Made by a program: the position numbers and the translations under genes
Shown: piece after piece, positions 11,501 to 24,734 of the stretch
Layout: every line of letters begins with the position of its first letter
Position numbering within the stretch: position 1 is the stretch's first letter
Source of the DNA: Octopus vulgaris
Taxonomy: Eukaryota
Assembly (NCBI GenBank): GCA_951406725.2
Contig: OX597823.1
Span: 5,704,001-5,768,000 of the forward strand
Direction of reading: 5' to 3'
DNA length: 64,000 nt
Notes under the pieces: generated by a model
The model's input: only the letters and a program-made list of their open reading frames with translations
Databases searched by the model: none
Told to the model about the DNA's origin: nothing

Positions 11501-12935
11501 GATTTCTATGGAGATCGAATGGACAGTCTGTTCCTGCAATAAGCTCCAATTTCCAAAAAAACCTTATCAGTGCATGAAAAACTGCTTCCAATCCTTCAGA
11601 ATTTCTCATAAGCAATCGGCATTAAAAAAAGAAAAAAACCGAAATTAAAAAAAAAGCCAAAAAACATTCCTTCAGAATCGTAATCACCGTATTTTTAAAC
11701 ATGAAATCTGCCCCACCCCACCCTCTACAAAAATATGAGTGGGCGAATAGAAAATAGAAGTTCAAAAAGCTTTTTTCTTTTCTTTTTTCTTTTTGGAAGA
11801 ATTATAATCTCCGTTATTTAAAACGTGGAATTGAAAGGAATTTAAAAAAAAAAACACGAAAAAATAAAAAGAAACAAATTCAAAAGCAGGACATTGCCGA
11901 AGAGCGGCAATATTTCCGCTTTCATTTTGTGTTTATAATTCAAAAGAATGCTATAAAGAAACGCAGTTGGATTGTATTTCGTACGAATACCTACAGTCTA
12001 CCAAAGTGTAAAAATAGAGTAAAAGCAGTGGCACTGAATTATATTGTGTATGTGTGTGTGTGTGTGTGGGGGGGGAGATTAATAATAGTTGTGAACCTAG
12101 AGAGAGAGAGAGAGAGAGAGAGAGTGAGAGAAGAGGGGTGGAGTGGGAAAAGAAACCTGTTAAGATAAACCCCGTTTTAATTTCTCCTTTTGTTGAAGGC
12201 TAGTAGTGTTTGTAACAGGAACGGTGGAAACAGTCAAGAATTAAGCAGACCGATGTCCAAAGGCGCCCCAGCCATGATCATCAAACCATTTTAAAATTCA
12301 ATCTCATTAAATCCCAGATTACATCATCCAATGATGATATCACGAAGGTCGGTACTGTTGGTTTATTGGGTGCATGTAAAAATGATGCACAACAAACCCG
12401 TGAAAAATAAACTGAAGTTTATTTTTCCTGTTGGTCTTAGAATATGAATACAAACAATTTCTACAGATGGGAAGAGATAAACTCTGCAATTATGACAAAA
12501 TAGTCGGTTAGTATAGCTCCGTGATTACGTCGTCACGATTGGAGAAATATGATGCTAAGTTCATGACAGCTAATCTGTGGCTTCTATGTGTTCGGCTGAA
12601 TATGAAGCCGTCAAAACAATTGTTAGCATGCTGAATCTGTTCCTACTGGTGAATGAGTCGGCCGGTCTCAACGAGCTGCGTAAATATGTCTGGCAAGAGT
12701 GGAGGAGCGTTTCACTCAGCCGCCTTCGACATTCGGCAAAAAATTTTAGCGCTAAATGTGACTTTATATAATGTACCAAGAGAAAGCTCCAGACGGTCCA
12801 ATCACGTGACAGCTCTATACTGATTGTTCAGTTAATAGGCCGATCACGTGAAATGATTATGGCTAAACCGTGACGCTTACTCGGAAATTCAGTTATTCCA
12901 TTTTGAATCAGTTACAATGGTAGAGTGTGATTTAA

Positions 12936-13157
12936 CCTTTTTGGTACCAACCTATCTGAAACCGACCCTGGTCCTGTAATACAAGATTCCTATGTTGAAG
13001 TGATCTAAAATAAAACCTTTCATCTAAATTTCATGTTAATTCATGTTCCAAGCACCCGTTTAATAATGACAAAGTTATTTTACTAAATTCTTCATTATTT
13101 TCACTGTTAAGTGAAGCCAAGCCAGTGAATTTGAATAGAAATATGGTAACAAAAGAA
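12936..13157. mobile_element. Degenerate piggyBac-like MITE
   Basis: TTAA-CCTTTTTGGTACC ... GGTAACAAAAGAA-TTGA: imperfect TIRs and TSD. Confidence 0.4.
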
Positions 13158-13744
13158 TTGAGAACTGATTTGGTAGTCTAATGTATCTAGCTGGTAATTT
13201 CAAATATGGCCACGGGCAATCTCACCTGTTAATTATCCTCCGCCACGTATGAAACAAGTATCAGTTCACTACCGTTCTTATAGAAATAATAAAGCCTCTG
13301 TCAAGTGGATCCAGAAAACCGGTTTCGATACTAGTTTTTTCTTGTTTCATGTATTTTGCTGGACAATGTTTATAAGAAAGACATTAATGCCACAACGTTG
13401 TACTCCACACTCAACTTTATACCTCTGAGGCTTAGTGCCTACTTAGGAAATCAATATGTGGCAATCGAGTTAATCCCTAAAAAGTTGGATTTTGTGGTAA
13501 TGTAAAGAAATCAATGACTAACAGAGAGGGAGGGAGGGAGGGAGCGGGGAAATCAGGGAAGGGGATGAGAAAGAAAAGGGGACAGTGTTAGAGGAAGGGA
13601 GAGAATGAGAGGAAGAGAGAACAGCAACAAAGGAAGGAGAGAGACAGAGAGAAAAAGAGAGAGGGAGAGAGAAAGACAGGGAGACAAAATGAGAGTGGTG
13701 GAGAGGACAGCGACGGAGGGAAGGGGAGATACAGGGAGAAAGAA

Positions 13745-14650
13745 AGACAGAGAGACAGCATGAAAGATGGAGAGAGGGGGAGAGACAGAGAGACAGCATG
13801 AAAGACGGAGAGAGGGGGAGAGACAGGGAGGAAGAAAGAGACAGAGAGACAGCATGAAAGACGGAGAGAGGGGCGAGAGACAGGAAGAGACAGGGAGAGA
13901 CAGGGAGAAAGAAAGACAGATAGACAGCATGAAAGATGGAGAGAGGGGGAGAGATAGGGAGAAAGAAAGAGACAGAGAGACAACATGAAAGATGGAGAGA
14001 GGGGAGAGACAGAGAGACAGCATGAAAGATGGAGAGAGGGCGAGAGACAGGGAGAAAGAAAGAGACAGAGAGACAGCATGAAAGATGGAGAGAGGGGAGA
14101 GACAGAGAGAAAGAAAGAGACAGAGAGACAGCATGAAAGATGGAGAGAGGGGGAGAGACAGAGAGAAAGAAAGAGACAGAGAGACAGCATGAAAGATGGA
14201 GAGAGGGGGAGAGACAGAGAGAAAGAAAGAGACAGAGAGACAGCATGAAAGATGGAGAGAGAGAGAGACAGAGAGAAAGAAAGAGACAGAGAGACAGCAT
14301 GAAAGATGGAGAGAGGGGGAGAGACAGGGAGAAAGAAAGAGACAGAGAGACAGCATGAAAGATGGAGAGAGGGGGAGAGACAGGGAGAAAGAAAGAGACA
14401 GAGAGACAGCATGAAAGATGGAGAGAGGGGGAGAGACAGAGAGAAAGAAAGAGACAGAGAGACAGCATGAAAGATGGAGAGAGGGGGAGCGACAGGGAGA
14501 AAGAGACAGAGAGACAGCATGAAAGATGGAGAGAGGGGGAGAGACAGAGAGAAAGAAAGAGACAGAGAGACAGCATGAAAGATGGAGAGGACAGCGACGG
14601 AGAGAGGGAGGAGAGACAGGGAGAAAGAGAAAGTCAAAGAGACAGCATAA
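13745..14650. repeat. ~56-bp purine-rich minisatellite, about 16 units
   Basis: Unit GAGACAGAGAGACAGCATGAAAGATGGAGAGAGGGGGAGAGACAG(A/G)GAGAAAGAAA, with some shorter variants. Confidence 0.95.
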
Positions 14651-14748
14651 AAGACAGAGAGGGCAGGTACGGAGGGAGGGGGAAAGACAGGGTGAGAAAA
14701 TGAGAGGGAGGAGAGCACACCGAAAGTAGAAGAGAGAAAACCAGGGAT

Positions 14749-14818
<70 letters not shown>

Positions 14819-15261
14819 CTATATTAATTATTAATTCACTAGAGAATTTTGTTGTGTAAATAAATTATTGCAATATGTCGCAGACTTTACAGTTGGGAAA
14901 TATGCATTCTTAAACAGTCAGTTGTGATGTTTGTGTAGCATTTTCTTGATTTAATTAAATTGGGTTTCAACCAGTGACTAACATTCCACAGCTTCTTTGC
15001 GGTTGTCATCGACTCGCTTCGTTTTGTGTCGCCATTACATCTGCTGGTATTTGCTGCACGACGATGTTGATGTTAGGAGAACTTTTGGGAGATCTTAAAT
15101 ATCGGTCTGAGAAGTCAGAGACAGAAAGAGAGTTATTGTTGTGTATTTATTTATTTACTTATTTATCTATCTATTTAGTTAGTCAGTCAGTCAGTCAGTC
15201 AGATAGACAGACACATTGATATATATATAGATTGATTGACAAATAATAAACAGAAAGATAA

Positions 15262-15360
<99 letters not shown>

Positions 15361-15716
15361 GACAGAGAGAGAGAGATAGAAAGATAGATAGAGAGACAGA
15401 CAGACAGACCGATAGATAGAAAGATAGACAGACAGACAGATCGATCGATGCATACATAATGTATGCGTACACATACATGCACACTTACATACAAGCATAT
15501 ATAAATATATATCTACATGTATAATATGTGCAAGTATACATACATCCACACAGACATTCATGAATACATACCTGCATACATACATCGACACATACATACA
15601 TACATTCATGCACACATGTATGCATACCTACATACAGGCATACATACACATATACATGTATGCACACATCCATCTATACATACGTACATACATACATACA
15701 CCTATATAAATACACA

Positions 15717-16238
15717 TGTAGCGAGACCAATTTCTATTATGGCATATTAAAGACGATCAGCCTTTTATAGGCTCGGGACGTTAATCAGAAATGATTGGTC
15801 GTCTTACCTATCATGTGAGTCTGGCACATTGGTTGAGTCCTGTGCTTTGATTGGTCGAGTATTGCACGGGAAATGGATCGAGGATCCAATCACGTTGCGC
15901 ACCATTCTCAAACAACTTATCTGAATCTACCCTGGAGTCTACCCTCTGTCTATATATAGGTCTAACAAAGCATCTATGAGCAGAGAGGTGAGCGATTTTC
16001 AGGAAGGCGAGTCATGCTATTTTCCTGCCGTTATTCCCCAGAACAGAATTAATATAACGGATCACATGTAACCAACGACGGCCAGAACTGAATTATCCAA
16101 AAGATGGATAAACTATACAACCACCAGAATTCGTGATGTGTTTATTTTGTCCGCTGTATTATTTAACGGAGGAATAAAGTCTTGCTGTTATTTTTAAAGT
16201 TTGTCTCCTGTATTATTTCCACAAGTGAACACGCAACA
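15717..16238 (+). mobile_element. Probable solo LTR
   Basis: Starts TGTAGCG and ends CGCAACA (TG...CA with a short inverted terminus). Contains several CCAAT/ATTGG boxes, TATATATAG near 15951 and AATAAA near 16173 in U3-R-U5 order. No clear TSD. Confidence 0.55.
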
Positions 16239-17903
16239 TATGTATTGGTATGCAAGATTCCATAGTAAAACCAAGGGAGACTTTATACTAACACCATTAA
16301 ACATACAAACCTACATACATACGTACATAAATTGCATTACGTTTTATTCGAGTAGTTTCTCAAACAAATTACAATTTTCATATCTCCTGCGACACAGAGA
16401 TATGAGTCAGCCATACAAGGGTGTCGCATAATTTTCTTTTGGGGATAACATTCTTCTCTTGCAAGTAAGGAACCGCATCCTACTCTGTTTTAAGTGTCTC
16501 TATCAAATATGCAAAGTTACACGAGCTGGCTGCCATAGAAAAAAAAACACATAGGAAAAACAACAACGTACAACATAAAATTTCCAAACATGGCCACAAG
16601 CAGTAGAACACAGCGTCACTGCATGTAGTTTTGCGTAGAATATATTTGTCAGCACATGTACTTTCCCGTTGAATATATTTGTCAACACACGTGTGTTCTC
16701 GCAGACAAAAGAGTTATCATGTTTGGAAACAGGCATGGATGTATCTGTGACTTATGATTGGTTAAAATTACCCCAAATTTTCAAACTTTAAATGCTAATA
16801 ACTCTTTATTTATTGATTTATGGTGCAAATGAATTTCATGGCAATGATTAACATACTAAACTACATCATTACACCGAATATAAAATCAATTGAAACAGAA
16901 ATTGAAAAGTGACCGCCGAACAGAAAGGATCCTATTTTATTTACATTCGTACAAAAGAGAACGTACTAAGTCAAAATCCGGTATTATATAAAAATCCTGA
17001 ACATTTCCACATTGCTCGCCTTCAACATCGACCTGATGATAATTTTAAGTTAGAGTAAAAGAACTTGTGTGAAATAAAAATGATAAATACAAATAATTTA
17101 TGTATATATACAAATATATATATATATATATATATATAAATATATAAATATATAAATATATATATATATATATTTAATTAACAATCTAGTTATGGTTGTT
17201 GTTGTTTAGCTCCGTACCAGCCCCAATTAAACAGGTGTACTATCATAGGAATTCCAGTTATGACCACCTCGACTTTTCAGTAAGTGAGTATCTGGGTATC
17301 TTGGAGTATATTATCTAATATTTTCTTTTATTATTTAAGACAGTTAAGACTGGATTATGTATGTGTATGTATGTATATATGTATGTGTATGTATGTATGT
17401 ATGTATGTATGTATGTATGTATGTATGTATGTATGTATGTATGTATGTACACTACCGTCAGAAATTAATCAGCACCCTTGATTTGCTCTTCACTCAAGGT
17501 ATGTGCTGTCACCTAGTGGCCATATCTCGAACTATTGCTTTGTTGCGAGTTCCCTGTTGCGCAGAACGATGACGTAACTTTGTTTGCAGAGTAGTTTGAG
17601 AGTCTACAGCCTTATGATGTTGACATAGCAGTGCAACAACTTGGAGTGCGGATGCAGACAAATCTTCCTTTGTTTAATAGATATAGGTAGCGCCTCGCAA
17701 GGACCGAAATCACACCATACTAAGTTTTCTCATCGCGTAAGACGTTTTGAACAGCTCATAGGTTAATTGATTTAACCTATTTAATGTAGAAATTTGAGAA
17801 GTGCTAATTAATTTCTGACGCAAGTGTATGTATGTATGTATGTATATATGTATGTATGTACGTACGTATGTATGTATGTGTGTGTATGTATATAAGTATG
17901 GAT

Positions 17904-17949
<46 letters not shown>

Positions 17950-17954
<5 letters not shown>

Positions 17955-18435
17955 AGATAAGAAAATGGAAAAATACATCGAAATCAAATATCAATTACCA
18001 GATAATACTCAATCACATACTTTATTAAATCACCACATAAGAAACTATAAGGTTAAACATAATGATGTAGAACAAAACAGTGTACATAAAGGAGTGTACA
18101 TAAAAGAGTAATGTTATACAATAAGAAGAATATGTATAAGAGAATGTAAATATAAGTACATATAAATATAAATATTTATATTTTATATTCGTGTGGCATC
18201 GTCCGTTTTTCTGTCCCTGTTTCGTATACATTCGATCCTTCTTCCAAGAAATCTAGTGCTCGTAGCTTAGTTTTTCCTTGGAGCTGGCCGGATCAGAGCG
18301 ATCTCAAGATTAATCAGCCGAAATTGCTAGGATGATCCGGTTCTTGACTGAAGATTGAAGGCTTCGAATGTCCCGTCCGTGTTTTTTGTATCGTCTTCTA
18401 AATGTTTTACGTTCTTGTCCCAGTTTGTAGTTTTC

Positions 18436-18442
<7 letters not shown>
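17950..18442. mobile_element. Two abutting fragments related to the Penelope-like repeats at 43-44.6 kb
   Basis: 17950-18035 resembles 43083-43170. 18345-18440 loosely resembles the reverse complement of 44340-44480. Flanked by (TA)n on both sides. Confidence 0.45.
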
Positions 18443-18516
<74 letters not shown>

Positions 18517-18517
<1 letters not shown>

Positions 18518-18842
18518 CATGGCTCAGTGGTTAGAGCGTCGAGCTTACGATCGTGAGGTTGTGAGCTCGAATCCCGGACCGGGCTGCGTGTCGTGTTCTT
18601 GAGCAAGGCACTTTATTTCACGTTGCTCCAGTTCACTCAGCTGTAGAAATGAGTTGCGACGTCGCTGGTGCCAAGCTGTATCGACCTTTGTCTTTCCCTT
18701 GGATAACACTGGTGGTGTGGAGAGGGGAGGCTGGTATGCATGGACGACTGCTGGTCGTCCATAAACAACCTTGCCCGGACTTGTGTCTAGGAGGGTAACT
18801 TTCTAGGTGCAATCCCATGGTCATTCATGACCGAAGGGGGTC
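18517..18842 (+). mobile_element. tRNA-derived SINE, family C
   Basis: A box TGGCTCAGTGG, B box GCTCGAATCCC, core GTGTTCTTGAGCAAGGCACTT...TTGCTCCAGTTCACTCAGCTG. Related copies at 20710-21020(-), 29100-29222(-), 56557-56790(+), 57533-57746(+) and 61189-61457(-). Confidence 0.8.
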
Positions 18843-19395
18843 TTTATATATATGTATGTATGTATGTATATAAGTTTATTATACGCAACAAAATATTAGA
18901 TTAAAATAGCCAACTGTATACCATACTTAATGCAAATGCATTGCGAAAAGGCAAGTTAACTGTGGTATTTGTCCGAAACAAACATCTCTTATGGACGTAC
19001 TGTGTTTATAAGCATAAATATACATCAGTAGCTGACGAAAATCGTCCAATAGCAGCGTTGAGAATACTGGATGTGCATTTCTGTCTCGCTGGACTTTGTC
19101 GTTAGCATTTATTTACTGCCAACCACATGCTAAAACAACATCTGTTGCTACTGATACAGGAAATGAGCGAGTGAAAAATCCCTGGTGTTGCGATTAGTCA
19201 CCCACCTGATTAAAATTTAGCATGCGGTTGGCATTAGGTACATGCTACTGACAAAACCCACGAGGCAGAAATGCACATCTAGTTATCTCAGCGCAGTTTT
19301 CTGTTTCTTAACACATTACGTTCCATAAGAAATATTATCTCTGGACGAACACCGCAGTTAATTTGCCTTTTCACGATGTATTTGCGATACACAAA

Positions 19396-19789
19396 TCTCT
19401 CTCTATATAAAGCTAAAGTTGTCTGTGTATGGCAGGTTTGGTAGCCTTCAACTAACACTATTTCTTCCGAGACCCTGCGGCCTAAGTTGACCAAAATTGA
19501 GAGTATGATAGAAGAAAGCTTGCTCTTCATTCCGTAGAAGAAAAAAATTCAAATCGGACTATGTTAACACCAAAAATTATTTACATCAAAAAGATGCTTT
19601 TTTTCTATGAAAATCCCTATTTTTTTACGATTTTTTGACTGCTGTGTCGCCATTTTTCGGTGTATTTCAACCAGAAAAATGTTCACTTAAAGAGAATAAC
19701 AAGCTACACAATGCAAAAGTTTTATTTTTCAAAAATTCCAATTCTAAAGGGTCGAAACAAACCCGTGCAACGCCGAGCGATACTGCTAG
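19396..19789 (+). mobile_element. Non-autonomous Helitron
   Basis: A|TCTCTCTCTATATAAAGC 5' end, imperfect GC-rich subterminal hairpin (CCCGTGCAACGCCGAG), CTAG|T 3' end, inserted between A and T with no TSD. Confidence 0.7.
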
Positions 19790-19813
19790 TGGTTATATAT
19801 ATATGTATATGTT

Positions 19814-20045
19814 TATACACCACGAGATTTTGTCTCTGAGAAAAACATTTTCTCTTTATAGATTTTGTGTCAAAAATACAGAGGTGAGCTCCGAGTGACG
19901 TCAACGCACAACTAAGAAGTGAAGTTACACCGAAACCTCACGTCTGAAAGTCTGCTGACGTCACTTCGACCTCGATTTGTTGTTATTACACTTAAAATCT
20001 ATGCGGAGAAGACTTTTTCTCTGAGACAAAATCTCACAGCGAATA
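19814..20045. mobile_element. Foldback/MITE with ~80-90 bp imperfect TIRs
   Basis: GAGATTTTGTCTCTGAGAAAAA...GTGACGTCA (19824-19903) mirrors TGACGTCAC...TTTTTCTCTGAGACAAAATCTC (19956-20035). Confidence 0.7.
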
Positions 20046-20385
20046 CCTTTCACGTTTTATTGTAGAGTGACGTGTTAATAATGAATGTACACATTATTAT
20101 ATTGACTCATCTTGCTTCGTGTACGTAAATTAAATCATTTCAAGCCTGATAAACCTCAGTGCACATCAGCAGATAATATTGTTTGCGGTTTTCTATATAT
20201 AAGAACAAAATTTCCAGTGTAGCGAGTTCCACCACTGAAGAGGCAATGTCACTCCGAACCACTGCGTCTGATCGTCTGCTGACATCATCTGGAGCTTGGC
20301 GCCATCTGTTTCACATTAATATTACAGGAGCGTGTTAAGAATAAATGTACACATTCACATTTTTATCCCCCACTCCATGTGTGTA

Positions 20386-20462
<77 letters not shown>

Positions 20463-22231
20463 TCACTACTACTACACACGGAATCATTTGAATAAAAGCG
20501 ATTCTTGTTTCATAACGATTTCCAGAATAAGTTAATTCTGTTCCTTTCTACACCCTGCCCTCACTCAGTATATCTGTGCGCAAAGTCGAAATTTCATTGC
20601 CTCTAGGGTTCTGCTCACATGACTACCATCCAGGGCCACTTTAATAGACTTATAGCCCCTTCTTCGGGCACTGCAGCACACTGAGATCTATACGGTAAAA
20701 AACAAACTGGATCTCCGTCGGTTACGACGACGAGGGTTCCAGTTGATCCGATCAACAGTTCAGCCTGTTCGTGAAATTAATGTGCAAGTGGCTGAGCACT
20801 CCACAAATACGCGTCCCCTTAACGTAGTTCTCAGGGACATTCAGCATAACATCGAAGGTGAAAAGGCTGGCCTTTTGAATTACAGGTACAAATACTTTTT
20901 GCCAGCTGAATGGATTGGCACTACGTGACATAAAATGTATTGCTCAAGGACAACGCGTTGATGGGTATCGAACCTACGACCATAAGATCGTGAGCCGAAT
21001 ACTCTAAACCACGCGCCTTCTCTAGGATCTACGTTGTATTTGTTTACCAAATGAAATCAAGTCACTGTATACATAGTTTAATATTGTATTTATGACTTAA
21101 GACAGCATTGTTATTGCCTTCTACCACCATAAAAATACAGGATGGCCACAACAGGAATCTCTGAGCATAAGCCTGCTCGCTCAGGACAGAGATGGGGGTA
21201 AACAACAAGAGCAGCATCAAGGGTAACTGCAAATGATAAAAGCGTAAAAATTTTAAAAATCCGTAATAGAATTAACTAGGTTGGAGTATTAAAGTGATAT
21301 TATGTGACAATACGTCATTCTTAAACATATATTAATTTAACGTTCCGTAAGAATTAAGAAGTATCATTAAAAATACAATTAAACCGTTAAGATTCGAGTC
21401 AAATCTGTCAATAATATCGATGTGTTGACACTGAAGCCACCAATGTCGTCAGCTTCGAGATGAGTCACATATTAACTGACTTGTCTCTAATGGAGCGAGA
21501 ACACGGTTTATGATGCGTTATCATGAGTTAACAAACTTTTTGTACGAAATGAGATCATATTGAATGTTATACAAAATATGATAATTACATTCAGTTTTAC
21601 TGTATTAATATGATGTATAAGATCTATTTTATATTATATCATCGTATTAATAATACGTATAAGATTTATATTAGATATATTAAATATGATATTATCGTAT
21701 TAATAAAATAAGACATAATAAAATAATTATATATATATATTTATATATATTAAATGTTATTACAATTAGTTTTATCATAAAAGATTCATCGTATTTTGTA
21801 GGGATAAGATTTATTATATTGAATATCATATTAGATATTTTCTCAATTTATCTTATCCATAATAAGTCTTCTGACTTTTCATATTAAATATTACTAGCTC
21901 GTGCGCAACGGAGCGAGCGTACTATGTGATGTGAAGAAAGTAACATTTATTGTACTAAATTAATAAAATCGTCATATGCACGATGAATAGCAAGAATCAA
22001 AACGTACTAAATTAGATGATATTATCAGCACATATCAATTTTATCACACGGATTTAAAAATAAAAACGTGAAAGACTAACCTTGTCTTCTCTCTCTATTC
22101 ACAATATTTTTGCGCGAATACTTTTTCCAATTTACTTTTTTTCCTTAAAATATTTAAAAACCTGTTTATCCCGATTTTCTGACTGCTTTGGGCAAGCTTA
22201 TTGTTTCGTTTTAAAACTCTTATTAGTTAAA

Positions 22232-22296
22232 ATTATAAATGGAAGCGGCAGACGACAGGGAGTTTCTCGCTGTCGTCTGCCGCTTCCATTTCTAAT
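22232..22296. other. GC-rich hairpin with a 22-bp perfect stem
   Basis: AAATGGAAGCGGCAGACGACAG (22237-22258) is the exact reverse complement of 22270-22291, with an 11-nt loop. Confidence 0.9.
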
Positions 22297-22489
22297 CAGT
22301 AAAGGAGAGCCATAGTTATTCGAATCGGTAGATCGTCGCCTCATATCTAAGTAACATACAAACCACAAAATATTTTTTATTTCTTTTCTTCCTCTTTTCT
22401 TTTAATCAATTTATTTTCTCAAACATTTGTTGCTTTCAATCGTCCCCCCACTTATTTTTCAGAGTTGAGCCATATGTTAGTAACTTTTA

Positions 22490-22872
22490 AACCGCTAGTT
22501 TACGATTACGTAAACAAATCAACACTAGTTGTCAAGCGGTGGTGTTGGACAAACACACTCACATACATACATACATGCATGCATGCATACATACATACAT
22601 GCATACACACATATATACATACACGCACACATACATACACACACATAATACATACATACACACATACATACATACATACATACATACATACATACATCAT
22701 ACATACATACATACATACATACATGACGAGCTCCCTTCAGTTTCCGTTTACTAAATCCACTCATAAGGTCGACCCGGAGCTATAGTAGAAGACACTTTCC
22801 CAAATCCCACGCAGAAGAACTGAACCCAAAACCATGTGGTTGGGAAGCAAACTTTTTACCACACAGCCATAT
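22490..22872 (-). mobile_element. SINE family A, diverged, with expanded internal (TACA)n
   Basis: Colinear with 10690-10951. Confidence 0.75.
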
Positions 22873-22922
22873 CTGCACCTAGTCAAGCTTTCCTCCCCGT
22901 CGTCTGCCTTTTCAATTTAGAT

Positions 22923-23636
22923 CAGTGATTCTCAACCACGATCCTTATGGTCCTTGCGGTCCATATAAGATTTTGTTGTCAAAATTTATCTGCAATAAAT
23001 TGGTAATACTTCTACAATATACATAATATTTTAACAATTTTTTTTATACAATTCCTAATCGAATCACATGGTTCCGGGTTCAGTCCCACTGCGTGACACC
23101 TTGGGCAGGTGTCTTCTACTATAGCCTCAGGCCGACCAAACCCTTGTGAGTGGATTTGGTAGACGGAAACTGAAAGAAGCCTGTCGTATATATATGTATG
23201 TATGTATGTATGTGTGTGTATATGTTTGTGTGTCTGTTTTTGTCCCCCCAACATCGCTTGACAGCCGATGCTGGTGTGCTTACGTCCCCGTAACTTAACG
23301 GTTCGGCAAAGAGACCGATAGAATAAGTACTAGGCTTACAAAGAATAAGTCCTGGGGTCCATTTGCTCGAGCACCGCCTTTTAGTCGAGCAATGGACCCC
23401 AGGACTTATTCTTTGTAAGCCTAGTACTTATTCTATCGGTCTCTTTGCCGAACCGTTAAGTTACGGGGACATAAGCACACCAGCATCGGTTGTCAAGCGA
23501 TGTTGGGGGGACAAACACAGATACAGTCAAACGACTAAAACAAATAAAAGAGTAAAAGAGAATGGCTAGGAGGGTCCATCTGAATAAAATAGAAATCAAA
23601 GGGGTCCAGACGTAATGAAATGGTTGAGAAACGCTA
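22923..23636. mobile_element. hAT (Charlie/MER5-like) MITE hosting a SINE insertion
   Basis: TIRs CAGTGATTCTCAACCA and TGGTTGAGAAACGCTA (13/16 match). Perfect 8-bp TSD ATTTAGAT at 22915-22922 and 23637-23644. Confidence 0.85.
23065..23560 (+). mobile_element. 5'-truncated SINE family A with an internal inverted duplication
   Basis: Forward SINE to 23370, inverted copy at about 23371-23522, then the forward tail AAAAGAGTAAAAGAG resumes. Confidence 0.85.
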
Positions 23637-24094
23637 ATTTAGATTATTTCAATTTAGAAAGACACACTTGGTCGTTGCCCTAACGCTGAGCAGTCTACTA
23701 ACATGTAAATATATATATCACCAGCATGTAAAGATGGAAACTGATTGGGTAGGTGAAGGGAGCTTTGTTAGCATTTGCATTGCTTTATTCAAATTCTATT
23801 TTAATGAATGAAAAAAATAACATCCTGCAACAGATTGTTTTATGTTAAATTTATGATGAAGATGTCAGCTTTTTATAAGCGATGGACTAAGAAGAATTCC
23901 TGTGAGATGTAGGCGACAGCATAAAATAAATTCTATGAAAGTTCTTGCTCAAAGTGATTGTTAGATCAATAGTAGTGAATCAAAATCTTTTAAATCTCGC
24001 TTTCTCTCTCCTTGCTTCATTTGTGCCGCAGGCATCTTTACGCTTTGATTAAATCAAGAAATAAATTTTTCTTAGTGAAGGATCATCATCATGA

Positions 24095-24412
24095 CTACCG
24101 CTACCACCACCTCCACCACCACGCTCTCCACCTCCACCTCCACCTCCACCACCACGCCCTCCACCTCCACCACCACGCCCTCCACCTCCACCACCACGCC
24201 CTCCACCTCCACCGCAGCCGTCACCACCACCATCACCACTAGAAATAGCAGTAGCTTCTTCTTCTTCTTCTCCTTCTCCTCCTCCTCCTTCTCCTTCTTC
24301 TTCTTCTTCTTCTTCTTCTTCTTCTTCTTCTTCTTCTTCTTCTTCTTCTTCTTCTTCTTCTTCTTCTTCTTCTTCTTCTTCTTCTTCTTCTTCTTCTTCG
24401 TCGTCGTCGTCT
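24095..24412. repeat. C-rich 21-bp minisatellite followed by (TTC)n
   Basis: CCCTCCACCTCCACCACCACG units at about 24105-24212; (TTC)n at about 24294-24399. Confidence 0.9.
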
Positions 24413-24734
24413 TCATTGTCGCCGTTCCAGTTGCCTTCATTTCCAACCAATCACAGCTCATCTGCCCTCTCTACACACGGCCATTTCCGCCAGCAAGCAA
24501 TACCCGATACAGTCTTAAGATACATTCATCATTACAAACGATACCCGACACTCTCCTCAATTCATCGTATATCACCTGTTCCTTTACCTCTTCACAGCAA
24601 GGATAATCATTCCCATACATACATACACGCATACATACATACATACATACATACATACATACATACATACATACATACATACATACATACATACATACAT
24701 ACATACATACATACATGCATGCATGCATGCATGC

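Noticed and set aside
12660-12771. LNELRKYVWQEWRSVSLSRLR resembling a Tc1 transposase C-terminus
   Set aside because: Too short, and no catalytic motifs or TIRs were found.
13745-14650. CRISPR-like repeat array
   Set aside because: No unique spacers, no cas genes and a eukaryotic context; it is a minisatellite.
16470-16935. Possible MITE with ATCCT..TCTGTT / AACAGAAAGGAT ends
   Set aside because: The terminal match is weak and no TSD is evident.
21893-21925. ACTAGCTCGTGCGCAACGGAGCGAGC hairpin as a Helitron/Helentron end
   Set aside because: No matching other end could be identified.
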